The position numbers and the translations under genes are program-made. A model generated the notes under the pieces. It made no database searches, was not told where the DNA came from, and saw nothing but the letters and a program-made list of their open reading frames with translations. This document shows positions 9,050 through 17,843 of a stretch of 64,000 bases of DNA, one piece after another. This DNA comes from Bacillales bacterium UBA4855. Its GTDB lineage: Bacteria > Bacillota_I > Bacilli_A > RFN20 > CAG-826. The stretch lies in the NCBI GenBank assembly GCA_002399785.1, contig DHEH01000015.1:21128-85127 (forward strand), in the 5' to 3' direction. Position 1 is the stretch's first letter; each line of letters opens with the position of its first letter.

Positions 9050-10900
9050 TTACACCATTTTGGTCTGAATTTGATAAATTCGCTTGTAAAGACCGTCCCT
9101 TTTTATTAAATCATCATGTTTTCCTATTTCAGAAATTTTTCCGTTATCAAGCACAATTATTAAATCGGCATCTTTTGCTGTTGCGATTCGGTGAGTAATA
9201 ATTAAAGATGTAACTTTTGTAGTTCTTTCTTTAAGAGCTTTACGAATGTTGAAATCGGTTTCGGTATCAACAGCGCTTAATGAATCATCAAAGACGACAA
9301 CAGGAGCTTTTGTAAGAATAGTTCTTGCAATAGCAACTCTTTGTTTTTGACCGCCAGATAAAGTCGTACCTTTTTCTCCGACTGCCGTATCGTATCCTTT
9401 TTCAAAACCCATGATTGTTTTATCTACTTGAGCAATCTTAGTTGCTTCTTTAATTTCGTTTTCGTTTATTGAATGATCAACAATTCGAAGATTCTCGTTA
9501 ACTGTTTTACTAAATAAAAATGGTTCTTGAAGAACAAGACTAATATTTTTTCTTAAATATCTTTTTTGAATTTTGGTTATATCAACCCCATCAAGTAGTA
9601 TTTGTCCTTTACTTGGATCGTATAATCTATTTAGAAGGTAGGCTAATGTTGATTTACCACTTCCGATTTTACCCATGATGGCAACTGTTTCTCCAGAATG
9701 AATTTTGAAAGTGATATTTTTGATGGTGTCGCCTTTACTATTGCTATCATCAAAACTAAAACTTACATTTTTAAATTCAATATCCCCTGTAATTGGAGGC
9801 TTAATTCCAGAAATAACATCTTCGAGAGGCTCATCCAAAATTAAATTAATTCTTTCTAATGCGGCGCTTGCTTTTGCTAAATTCGATAGGACTGTAGCAA
9901 CATCTCTAAGTGGCCAAACAATTTGACTAACAAAAGAAATACTTATAATTAATGTACCTAAAGTAATTCCAGTCATTGGGTTTTGATAATGATTATAAGT
10001 TAAAATGACACCAATAATAGTTGATAAACCGATTTGAGAAAAAACAAATATATCACTACTTGAAAAGAAGAAAGCGCTCATTTTGCGGTAGTGCATAAAT
10101 TTACCTTTATAGTCTTTTATATAGCGACTAAAATCAGAAATTTCAAAGGCTTCGTTGTTGTAAGCTTTAACAAGTCTTACGCTGGCTAAATTTTCTTCAA
10201 TTTTAGCGGTCATTGAGCCTTCGCTATCATCGACAGTCTTATATCTTCTTCTAACCTCTTTAATTAAAAAGAAAGAATAAATAAACATAAATGGCATCAA
10301 GGCCATGCAAGTTAAACCAATCTCCCAACTTGTAATAAGTAATATTGTATAGGCGATTAACACTATACAACCTGTATAAACCACAAGAGGAATATCACGA
10401 CAAAAAAATCTACGAATAGTCTTTTCGTCAGTTGTACAAGTTTGAATAATATCTCCGTTTTTAAGCGATTTTATTTTGTTATATGGTAGGTTTTCAACAT
10501 GATAAAAAAGTAAGTTTTCAAAATTTTTTCCCATAACTGACATAAATTTTGCCTGCATAAATTTTCTAATAACAATTAAAGCAGATGAAATTATAGCTAA
10601 ACTTAAAATAATTACAGCAAAAAACCATTTGTTGTTTAGTAAAAACTCTAAACCGCCAAAACAATAAATAAAACCTTGAACAAGAATATTAAGGTCGCTT
10701 AGATTGGTATCAATAACAATTTCTTCACTCAATATATCAATTAAAACTTTAAGAGAATATGTTGAAATGATGTTAAAGAAAACACTAAAAAACATTAAAA
10801 TCATGTACCAATAATATTCTTTACTGCATCCAACTAAACCGATTTTTAACATCTTGTGAAAACCGTATTTTTTCGATTCTTTTTGTCTTTTCATACACAT
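9050..10900 (-). CDS. ABC exporter, fused TMD-NBD half transporter with Asp in place of the catalytic Glu (degenerate-site partner)
   Basis: Motifs seen: Walker A GKIGSGKST, signature LSGGQKQR, Walker B VVVFDDSLSAVD (D replaces the catalytic E) and H-loop IITHRIAT. The start may be at 10900 or at the second ATG at 10894. Confidence 0.85.
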   Translation of the reverse strand: MCMKRQKESKKYGFHKMLKIGLVGCSKEYYWYMILMFFSVFFNIISTYSLKVLIDILSEEIVIDTNLSDLNILVQGFIYCFGGLEFLLNNKWFFAVIILSLAIISSALIVIRKFMQAKFMSVMGKNFENLLFYHVENLPYNKIKSLKNGDIIQTCTTDEKTIRRFFCRDIPLVVYTGCIVLIAYTILLITSWEIGLTCMALMPFMFIYSFFLIKEVRRRYKTVDDSEGSMTAKIEENLASVRLVKAYNNEAFEISDFSRYIKDYKGKFMHYRKMSAFFFSSSDIFVFSQIGLSTIIGVILTYNHYQNPMTGITLGTLIISISFVSQIVWPLRDVATVLSNLAKASAALERINLILDEPLEDVISGIKPPITGDIEFKNVSFSFDDSNSKGDTIKNITFKIHSGETVAIMGKIGSGKSTLAYLLNRLYDPSKGQILLDGVDITKIQKRYLRKNISLVLQEPFLFSKTVNENLRIVDHSINENEIKEATKIAQVDKTIMGFEKGYDTAVGEKGTTLSGGQKQRVAIARTILTKAPVVVFDDSLSAVDTETDFNIRKALKERTTKVTSLIITHRIATAKDADLIIVLDNGKISEIGKHDDLIKRDGLYKRIYQIQTKMV

Positions 10901-10980
10901 TCTATATTATAAATGAAATATTAATTTTTAGTAGTCGATTTTGCTTTATAATAACCAATAAACCTTATAAAATAAAGAAT

Positions 10981-12549
10981 ATGAATGAAGAAGATTTAAA
11001 AAACAAAAAAAATGATCAAGAAGCAGAGTATCAATCTGATAATTCTAAAGCGGTAAAAGAAGATATCGAAGAATACGAAATTCAGAAACAAAAAGAAAAA
11101 AACAAGAAGGAAAATAAAAAGAAAAAAGGACTTAAATATGTCCTTTATCTATCTATTATACTTGTTTTGACTATTTTGGTTTTGGCTTTCTCTTTAACTA
11201 GCGAAACAAACATCCCTGATCCTTCGAATCCAGAACTTAATGCTAAGGTTTATCAAGTTTTACCTTCAATGTTTAAAAACATGGATACCAACAATTGGTT
11301 GTTTTTTGCATTATTTTTCTTATTTGTAATTTTGACCTTCTTATTATCTTCTTTAATTTTATTTTTATTCGCTCGCTTATACACTAAACATTACAAATAT
11401 CATCAATCTTTAGCAAATAATGCTGTCGGAGTTTTTTATAGTAACATTACTCCCGGTTCTAGTGGAGGTCAATTCGCTCAAGCCTTTACTTTTAAAAAAC
11501 AAGGAATGGAATTATCAACAAGTGCTTCAATTCTTGTTATGAACTTCATTGTTTATCAATCTACTTTACTTATAAGTGGTCTTATTTCGATGATTAAAAT
11601 TAAGGATATATTGGCGATTAATGCAATACCAATTCCTTTTGAATTTGGTAATAGTGGATATACATTCAATATCCCTATTGTTGTTTTTGTTATTTTAGGT
11701 TTTGCGGTAAATGCATTTATTATTGTTTTATTGTTGCTGATGTCTTATTCTCGTGGATTACATAATTTCGTTCTTAATCATGGTGTTAATTTTTTTGCAA
11801 AACTTAGGTTGATTAAGAATCCGGAAAAGAAAAGAGAAGAGTTACGTCTTCAAGTTGAGAATTTCCGTATTGAATTACGTCGTTTACAATCAAATATTCC
11901 GTTCACAATATTAGTTTTGTTTCTTATGTTTATATCTCAATATTTAAACTATGTCATGCCTTGTATTTGTGGTTATGCTTTAAATGGTTTTGATGATGAA
12001 ATTTTAACTTTTGGTAGTTTTATGAACAATACATTTACTTGTTTTTGTTACATGAATTTTCATCAAATGTTTAGCGGATTAATTCCTCTCCCTGGAGGAG
12101 CAGGAATTACTGAATTTGTTTTTAATAGATTGTTTTCAGGCGCCAATATTGATGGCTCAACCTATTTTTCTGAATCATTTTTAAATAAAGGTTCAATAAA
12201 TATTTTAACGTTACTGTGGCGTCTTGGTACCTTCTATATTCCATTTTTTGTTTGTGGTATTGTTGCTGCCACATATAAATCTAGAGGCCTTAATGGCGTC
12301 GATAGATTCTATGAAGTTAGTAATTCTAAGAAGACTTTCTTAACTATTCAACTTGAAACTTTAAACGATAGAAAAGAATCTAGCGATTCGATGAGTAAAG
12401 ACAATACAACTGTAGCCGATAAAATTAAAAATATGAAATTAAAGAAAAAGATTGGTAAAGCAGTTAAAAATGATTCAAAAAATACTTATAAAGATACCGA
12501 CATTCTTGACATTGGTGACGTTAATGATAATAAAAAGAAGGGGGATTAG
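10981..12549 (+). CDS. UPF0104 / MprF-flippase-like (TIGR00374-type) integral membrane protein with Lys/Glu-rich N- and C-terminal tails
   Basis: A polytopic membrane protein with the family-typical segments NITPGSSGGQFAQAF and LPGGAGITEF. The GT4 glycosyltransferase starts 2 nt downstream. Confidence 0.6.
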   Translation: MNEEDLKNKKNDQEAEYQSDNSKAVKEDIEEYEIQKQKEKNKKENKKKKGLKYVLYLSIILVLTILVLAFSLTSETNIPDPSNPELNAKVYQVLPSMFKNMDTNNWLFFALFFLFVILTFLLSSLILFLFARLYTKHYKYHQSLANNAVGVFYSNITPGSSGGQFAQAFTFKKQGMELSTSASILVMNFIVYQSTLLISGLISMIKIKDILAINAIPIPFEFGNSGYTFNIPIVVFVILGFAVNAFIIVLLLLMSYSRGLHNFVLNHGVNFFAKLRLIKNPEKKREELRLQVENFRIELRRLQSNIPFTILVLFLMFISQYLNYVMPCICGYALNGFDDEILTFGSFMNNTFTCFCYMNFHQMFSGLIPLPGGAGITEFVFNRLFSGANIDGSTYFSESFLNKGSINILTLLWRLGTFYIPFFVCGIVAATYKSRGLNGVDRFYEVSNSKKTFLTIQLETLNDRKESSDSMSKDNTTVADKIKNMKLKKKIGKAVKNDSKNTYKDTDILDIGDVNDNKKKGD

Positions 12550-12551
12550 CA

Positions 12552-13724
12552 ATGAATATTGCAATTTTTAGTGATACTTTTCCTCCTGAGATTAATGGTG
12601 TAGCTACTAGTGTTTTTTCTCTTTTTACTTTGTTAAATAAGAATAAGCATAACGCATATGCAGTTGTTCCAACCGACAAAAAAGAAGTTTATGTAGAAAA
12701 CAATGTAATTTATATTCCGGGATTAGAAATGAAAAAATTATATGGATATAAAATGCCACCAATGTATAGTAAAAACGTTTATAAGATTCTTGATGCTTTA
12801 CATATTGAAATTTGCCATGTTAATGCTGACGGCGTCATGGGTCAATTTGGTTTTGGCTATGCAAGTTCAAGGAATATTCCAATTGTTTACACATATCACA
12901 CAATGCTAGAAGAATACACTTACTACGTAACAAAAGGCTATTTTGATCGTTTTTCAAAGTGGGCAGTGAGAGAGCGGTGCAAAAATTATATGGATAGAGC
13001 TAATGAAATTATTTCTCCAAGTGAAAAAACAAAAATTTATATTCGTTCTATTGGTGTTGATAAGTATGTCAATATTGTCCCAACAGGATTTGATTTTAGA
13101 CGTTTTGTTAAAGCAACAAAAGAAAAAGAAAAGTGTCTTGCTATAAAAAAATCTTTAGGCATAAAAGATGATGAAAAAGTTTTATTATTTCTAGGTAGAA
13201 TTGCAAAAGAAAAAAGCATTGATCTTTTAATTACTGGTTTCAAAAATTATTTGGATACGTATAAAGATACAAAAACAAAATTTGTTATTGTTGGATGGGG
13301 TCCAGAAGAAGATGAATTAAAAGAATTGGTTAATAGCTACGGAATACAAAAATATGTTGTATTTGCTGGTAAAATTGATATTGATAAGACACAATACTGC
13401 TATGGATTTGCTGATATTTTTCTTAATGCTTCTATTAGCGAAACTCAAGGACTTACTTTCATGGAAGCTTTAGCAACTCGAGCCATTGTTTTATGTCGTT
13501 TTGATAATAATTTATTAGGTGTTATTGATAATAAAGTTACTGGTTTTTTCTATGTTGATGAATTCGATTTTAAAGATAAATTACATGAGATTTTAAGTAT
13601 GTCTACAAAAGAGTTGGATACAATACGAGACAATGGTTTTAAGAGCATTGGTCGTTTTAGTGAAAAAACATTTTACAATAATATTTTAGAGGTTTATAAA
13701 CGTGCGATTAGAAGAAATTGGTGA
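12552..13724 (+). CDS. GT4 glycosyltransferase, probable 1,2-diacylglycerol 3-alpha-glucosyltransferase (monoglucosyl-DAG synthase type)
   Basis: Segments seen: N-terminal IAIFSDTFPPEINGVATSV, central YTYHTMLEEYTYYV, LGRIAKEKSI, and the EX7E-type region SISETQGLTFMEALA typical of GT4 lipid glucosyltransferases. Confidence 0.75.
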   Translation: MNIAIFSDTFPPEINGVATSVFSLFTLLNKNKHNAYAVVPTDKKEVYVENNVIYIPGLEMKKLYGYKMPPMYSKNVYKILDALHIEICHVNADGVMGQFGFGYASSRNIPIVYTYHTMLEEYTYYVTKGYFDRFSKWAVRERCKNYMDRANEIISPSEKTKIYIRSIGVDKYVNIVPTGFDFRRFVKATKEKEKCLAIKKSLGIKDDEKVLLFLGRIAKEKSIDLLITGFKNYLDTYKDTKTKFVIVGWGPEEDELKELVNSYGIQKYVVFAGKIDIDKTQYCYGFADIFLNASISETQGLTFMEALATRAIVLCRFDNNLLGVIDNKVTGFFYVDEFDFKDKLHEILSMSTKELDTIRDNGFKSIGRFSEKTFYNNILEVYKRAIRRNW

Positions 13725-14496
13725 TAGTAATATAGTTTTAAAAATACACGAAGAAAAACATGAAATTGTTTTGTTTTTCGCTCTCTTTGAAATTAAAATC
13801 CCTAGTCAATTGTGTGGCAAATATAGTTTTGCTGTTAATCAAAGTCTATCAAGAGAAGAGATAATGAATCTTTTAAACAATATTCAATTATTCATTATTA
13901 AAGAAAAGATTAAAAGCAAAATAATTAAAAAATTATATACTGAACATGAAGTGACTGAAGTAATAAAAAACATGGGATTTGCAGGGGATTTTGCTGATTG
14001 TGTTGTTAAACAATTAAGGAATGAAGGCCTTCTTGATGATCCAAATTATGTTAAATTAGTTTTAGAAACTTTAAATAATGAACTATATGGAAAATATTAC
14101 ATTATCAATTATTTTAAAATTAAAGGAATTTCTGATGAATTAATATCAAAAATTAATTTTAATGACGAGTGCGAATTGGAAAAAGCAAAAAAATATTTCG
14201 AAAGTATTCAAAATTTGTTTGTTTCTAGTAATTTTGCAAAACAAAAAAAGAAAATTTATGATGATATGGTTAAAAGAGGTTTTACTGTTGATATTATATT
14301 AAAGGTTTTAAATGGTCTTAAAATTGATCAAAGTATTGAAAATGAGCGTCTTAAAAAAGACTACGAAAAAGCTTATGCAAGATTATCTAAAACCTATTCT
14401 GGTTATAAATTAGATACTAAAATTGTTAATTATTTAATTAATATAGGTTACGATTACGATAAAATTTTGAAATTATTTTCTAAGGAGGATGAATAA
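13702..14496 (+). CDS. recX: RecX-family regulatory protein
   Basis: Repeated three-helix modules are present (LRNEGLLDDPNYVKL..., FKIKGISDELI, MVKRGFTVDIILKVL, LINIGYDYDKILKLF), and the length is similar to B. subtilis RecX. It has a GTG start with TAGAGG 9 nt upstream and overlaps the GT4 gene by 23 nt. Confidence 0.6.
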   Translation: MRLEEIGDSNIVLKIHEEKHEIVLFFALFEIKIPSQLCGKYSFAVNQSLSREEIMNLLNNIQLFIIKEKIKSKIIKKLYTEHEVTEVIKNMGFAGDFADCVVKQLRNEGLLDDPNYVKLVLETLNNELYGKYYIINYFKIKGISDELISKINFNDECELEKAKKYFESIQNLFVSSNFAKQKKKIYDDMVKRGFTVDIILKVLNGLKIDQSIENERLKKDYEKAYARLSKTYSGYKLDTKIVNYLINIGYDYDKILKLFSKEDE

Positions 14497-15423
14497 ATGA
14501 TTAAAGATTTAAAAGATGGAATGTTAGCGACTGGTGTATATTTAGTCAAAGATTTTAATAAAGGTGTTGCAAGCAATGGCACCAATTTTATGAACATTAT
14601 ATTGCAAGATAAAAGCGGAACCATTGAAGGCAAGATATGGGAAGTTACTCCTGAACAAGTATCTGTTTTTGAATGTGGTAAACCAATTAGAATTGAGGGA
14701 AGAGTAGGGTCTTTTAGAGATAAGTTACAAATAAGAATCGAAGATATTTATCGCGTTAACGAAAATGACATTGATGTCACAAATTTAATTTCGGATTCAC
14801 CAATTCCTGTAAACGAACTTGAAGCTAGTCTTGATAAATACATCGATTCTATAAAACAACCTGATTTACATGCTATTGTTTCTACTCTTATAACTGAAAA
14901 TCGTAATAAATATATTACTCATCCAGCAGCTGTAAGAAATCATCACGAATTCTTTCATGGACTTTTATTTCATTCTTTATCCATGGCTAATTTAGTGGAT
15001 CCAATTGTTAACAATTATCCTACAGTTGATCGCGATTTGTTAATGTCAGGATGTCTTATTCACGATATTGGAAAGTTGGTTGAATTAAGTGGACCGGTTG
15101 CTTGTTTTTATACAACTGAAGGTAATTTGATTGGTCATCTTGTAATTGGAGCAAATATGGTAGCTGATGTTTCTAAAAAACTCAATATCACTAGCGAATA
15201 CCCATTATTATTAGAACATATGATACTTTCACATCATGCAAAACCTGAGTTTGGAGCTGCAGTTGTTCCTCAAACTCAAGAAGCTTTATTATTGTCAATG
15301 ATTGATGATATGGATGCTAAAATGATGTGTCTAGATAAAGTTCTAAGTGATACAAAAAAAGGCGAACAAACTGATCGTATATTCGCCCTTGATAATAGAT
15401 CTTTTTATAAACCTAAAAATTAG
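14497..15423 (+). CDS. yhaM: 3'-5' exoribonuclease YhaM (OB-fold plus HD domain)
   Basis: An N-terminal OB-fold (FMNIILQDKSGTIEGKIWE) is followed by an HD domain (LFHSLSM...LIHDIGK...SHH). Confidence 0.85.
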   Translation: MIKDLKDGMLATGVYLVKDFNKGVASNGTNFMNIILQDKSGTIEGKIWEVTPEQVSVFECGKPIRIEGRVGSFRDKLQIRIEDIYRVNENDIDVTNLISDSPIPVNELEASLDKYIDSIKQPDLHAIVSTLITENRNKYITHPAAVRNHHEFFHGLLFHSLSMANLVDPIVNNYPTVDRDLLMSGCLIHDIGKLVELSGPVACFYTTEGNLIGHLVIGANMVADVSKKLNITSEYPLLLEHMILSHHAKPEFGAAVVPQTQEALLLSMIDDMDAKMMCLDKVLSDTKKGEQTDRIFALDNRSFYKPKN

Positions 15424-15424
15424 A

Positions 15425-15847
15425 TTATAAATCTTTTTTTATTTTTTCTAAGACCTCTGGTAAGCAGAGGCTTTTAAGTTCGCTATGAAATTCTAATTTA
15501 AAACCATCAGTTGCTTCATAACGTGGAATGACATGAATATGAAAGTGACGTATGGTTTGACCGGCAGGTTCGTAACAATTGGTGAGGATGTTAACACCTT
15601 TTGCGCCTAATTCTTTAATTTGAACTTGCCCAATTCTTTGAGCAACATCAAAAGCTTTATGCATTATATCTTTTGGTGTGGATAAAAACGTTTCATAATG
15701 TTTCTTAGAAATAACTAATGCGTGTCCGTAAGTAACTGGATTGACATCAAGAAAAGCAAGAATGTCATCATCTTCATAAATTTTGTAAGAGCTGATGGTA
15801 CCATCTGCAATTTTACAAAAAACACATTTTGGATCAAAATTTTTCAT
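15425..15847 (-). CDS. HIT-family nucleotide hydrolase/transferase
   Basis: Histidine triad HFHIHVIPR, CVFCKI zinc-type N-terminus, and an AAGAGG RBS. Confidence 0.9.
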   Translation of the reverse strand: MKNFDPKCVFCKIADGTISSYKIYEDDDILAFLDVNPVTYGHALVISKKHYETFLSTPKDIMHKAFDVAQRIGQVQIKELGAKGVNILTNCYEPAGQTIRHFHIHVIPRYEATDGFKLEFHSELKSLCLPEVLEKIKKDL

Positions 15848-15870
15848 AATTATACCTCTTTAATAAAAAT

Positions 15871-15892
15871 AGAAGAGCCATTTGGCTCTTCT
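15871..15892 (-). terminator. Rho-independent terminator of the lipoprotein operon
   Basis: Perfect hairpin AGAAGAGCC-att-tGGCTCTTCT, followed on the minus strand by ATTTTTATT. Confidence 0.7.
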
Positions 15893-15917
15893 ATTATATA
15901 TCATTTTTTTGATTTAA

Positions 15918-17828
15918 TTAAAATAAATCTGGGAACTCGCTAACAAAGTAGTCATAAACTTTTTGATCAAAGTAAACAACTTCTGAATCTTTAATATAAT
16001 ATTCAAGAGCGTCCTTGGTATAAGTTGAACCGCTAGCAAGTACATAACCTGCTTCTCTAGCAGTCTTTTCGATAGCGACTAAATCGTTGTTGGTATCGGA
16101 GTAGGATAAACTACTTGATGAAATACTATCTTCAACAATTACAATATAGTATTTTCCTGAACTTTCCCAAATGATGGAGTCAACGTCACTTGTAGAAGCG
16201 TAGTTATCTCTCTTTAAGAAGGTTGGTCCGTTAGGAACGAACGATTTTAAATATTGCTTATCAATTGCTTTTGAACTGTCAGCTTTATAATCGTTAACTT
16301 CTTTGATAATACCATAATTGAATAATTTGTCAGTGATATCACTTGGAAGTCCACTAAAATCAGCTTTAGCACCCCATTTTGAAACGATTGTGCTTTGAGC
16401 TTTTAAGTTGTCAGTTTTGATTTGTAAACCCTCAGATGGTTTATAATATCTTGAATCAATCTCAGTGAAACCAGTGTATAAACTAGAATCGTTTGTGGTT
16501 GGGTTATTAGTTAATTTACTATAATCCTTAATAATATCGTAATAACTTGTTTGTGGATAATACTTGTAATCAGTTTTTCCATCGATATATTTGCCACTCT
16601 TAATTTGAGTATTAGGATTGGTAGTAGAAGCACCACCAAAAGTCTTAATGGTTAAAGCTTTGGTTGTTGTATCTGAATCGATTGTAGCTGGAATACCTTT
16701 CCAAGCGTTTTGTGCGATTGAGAAATCAACACTTGTATGTGTATTATCAGGTGTAAATGTCTTAATGTAGTCATTTGCAAAATTAGTTAATAAGTTTCTA
16801 GCTTTTTTGTAATTGCTATCAGTAATTTCAATATAACTAACTTTTCTTTGTTGTGTTCTACCAACTGCAGTATAAGCATTATCGAAGATATATTGTTCAG
16901 TTAATAATGCATTTTGAATTGTTGGGAGAATTGTAGCGTTAATGTAATCTACATAATGATATAAGTGTAATAACTTATTTTCGCCTAAATAGATGTTTTT
17001 ACTTCCTTCTGTTGTATAAGGATCGTATGTTCCATCGATAAGCATCTTGTAAGAGAATTCATTAATTGTTTTAACAGTACCTGTTGTATCAAGAGTTGTT
17101 TTTTCAGAATCTTTTTCAATATTCAATGAATAATCAGGATCGAGATAAAGTGAATATAACGAAACTTGACCGTCAACAGTAGCTTTTTCGTTAGAAATAG
17201 TGCTTCCATCTTTGTTTTGAATAACATAGAGTTGGTTTGCGATGTTTCTAGCAAATAATGTTTCATAGAAACGGTTGTGTTTTGTATAACTTGAAGAATT
17301 AGCGGAAGTGTAAATGCTCTTAATAACTTGAGTTTTGACTAAAGAAGTTAAGTTATCAATTCTTGCTACGTATTGACTTAATTTTGTAGAATCAAAACTG
17401 GATTCATATTGAATGTTAATTCCAGTATCGACCCAATTCCAATAGGCTTTATGATTGGCAAGAAAAGAATTCTTTTGTTCGTTAGTAGCATTTTTCCAAT
17501 AATATGTAGTTTCGCCTTCGCTCCATTTAATATCAACATAATATGGATCTTCAGCGACCGATGTTGCATCGTAACCGAAATAAAATTCACCAAGATTTGA
17601 TATAGAAACTTCGCGGTTCAACATTTCTTTAATGTCGCTTGAGAAACTCGAGCCAGAATAAATAGTGTTAAATAAAGCCTTTAAAGTATCGTTATCAACT
17701 CCAGTAACTGTGGTATCAGTTAATTGGTCATTTCCATTCTTTAAAGATGTTTGAGCGGTTGTACAACTAGCAAGAAGTACAGTTGAAGCGGTTATTACAA
17801 GTAAACTTAATAATTTTGATTTTTTCAT
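15918..17828 (-). CDS. Large surface lipoprotein, function unknown
   Basis: Signal peptide with a lipobox (LLASC), a Ser/Thr/Asn/Asp/Tyr-rich mature part, and a GGAGGA RBS. It starts 15 nt downstream of the preceding lipoprotein gene. Confidence 0.8.
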   Translation of the reverse strand: MKKSKLLSLLVITASTVLLASCTTAQTSLKNGNDQLTDTTVTGVDNDTLKALFNTIYSGSSFSSDIKEMLNREVSISNLGEFYFGYDATSVAEDPYYVDIKWSEGETTYYWKNATNEQKNSFLANHKAYWNWVDTGINIQYESSFDSTKLSQYVARIDNLTSLVKTQVIKSIYTSANSSSYTKHNRFYETLFARNIANQLYVIQNKDGSTISNEKATVDGQVSLYSLYLDPDYSLNIEKDSEKTTLDTTGTVKTINEFSYKMLIDGTYDPYTTEGSKNIYLGENKLLHLYHYVDYINATILPTIQNALLTEQYIFDNAYTAVGRTQQRKVSYIEITDSNYKKARNLLTNFANDYIKTFTPDNTHTSVDFSIAQNAWKGIPATIDSDTTTKALTIKTFGGASTTNPNTQIKSGKYIDGKTDYKYYPQTSYYDIIKDYSKLTNNPTTNDSSLYTGFTEIDSRYYKPSEGLQIKTDNLKAQSTIVSKWGAKADFSGLPSDITDKLFNYGIIKEVNDYKADSSKAIDKQYLKSFVPNGPTFLKRDNYASTSDVDSIIWESSGKYYIVIVEDSISSSSLSYSDTNNDLVAIEKTAREAGYVLASGSTYTKDALEYYIKDSEVVYFDQKVYDYFVSEFPDLF

Positions 17829-17843
17829 TTTCTGTTCCTCCTA

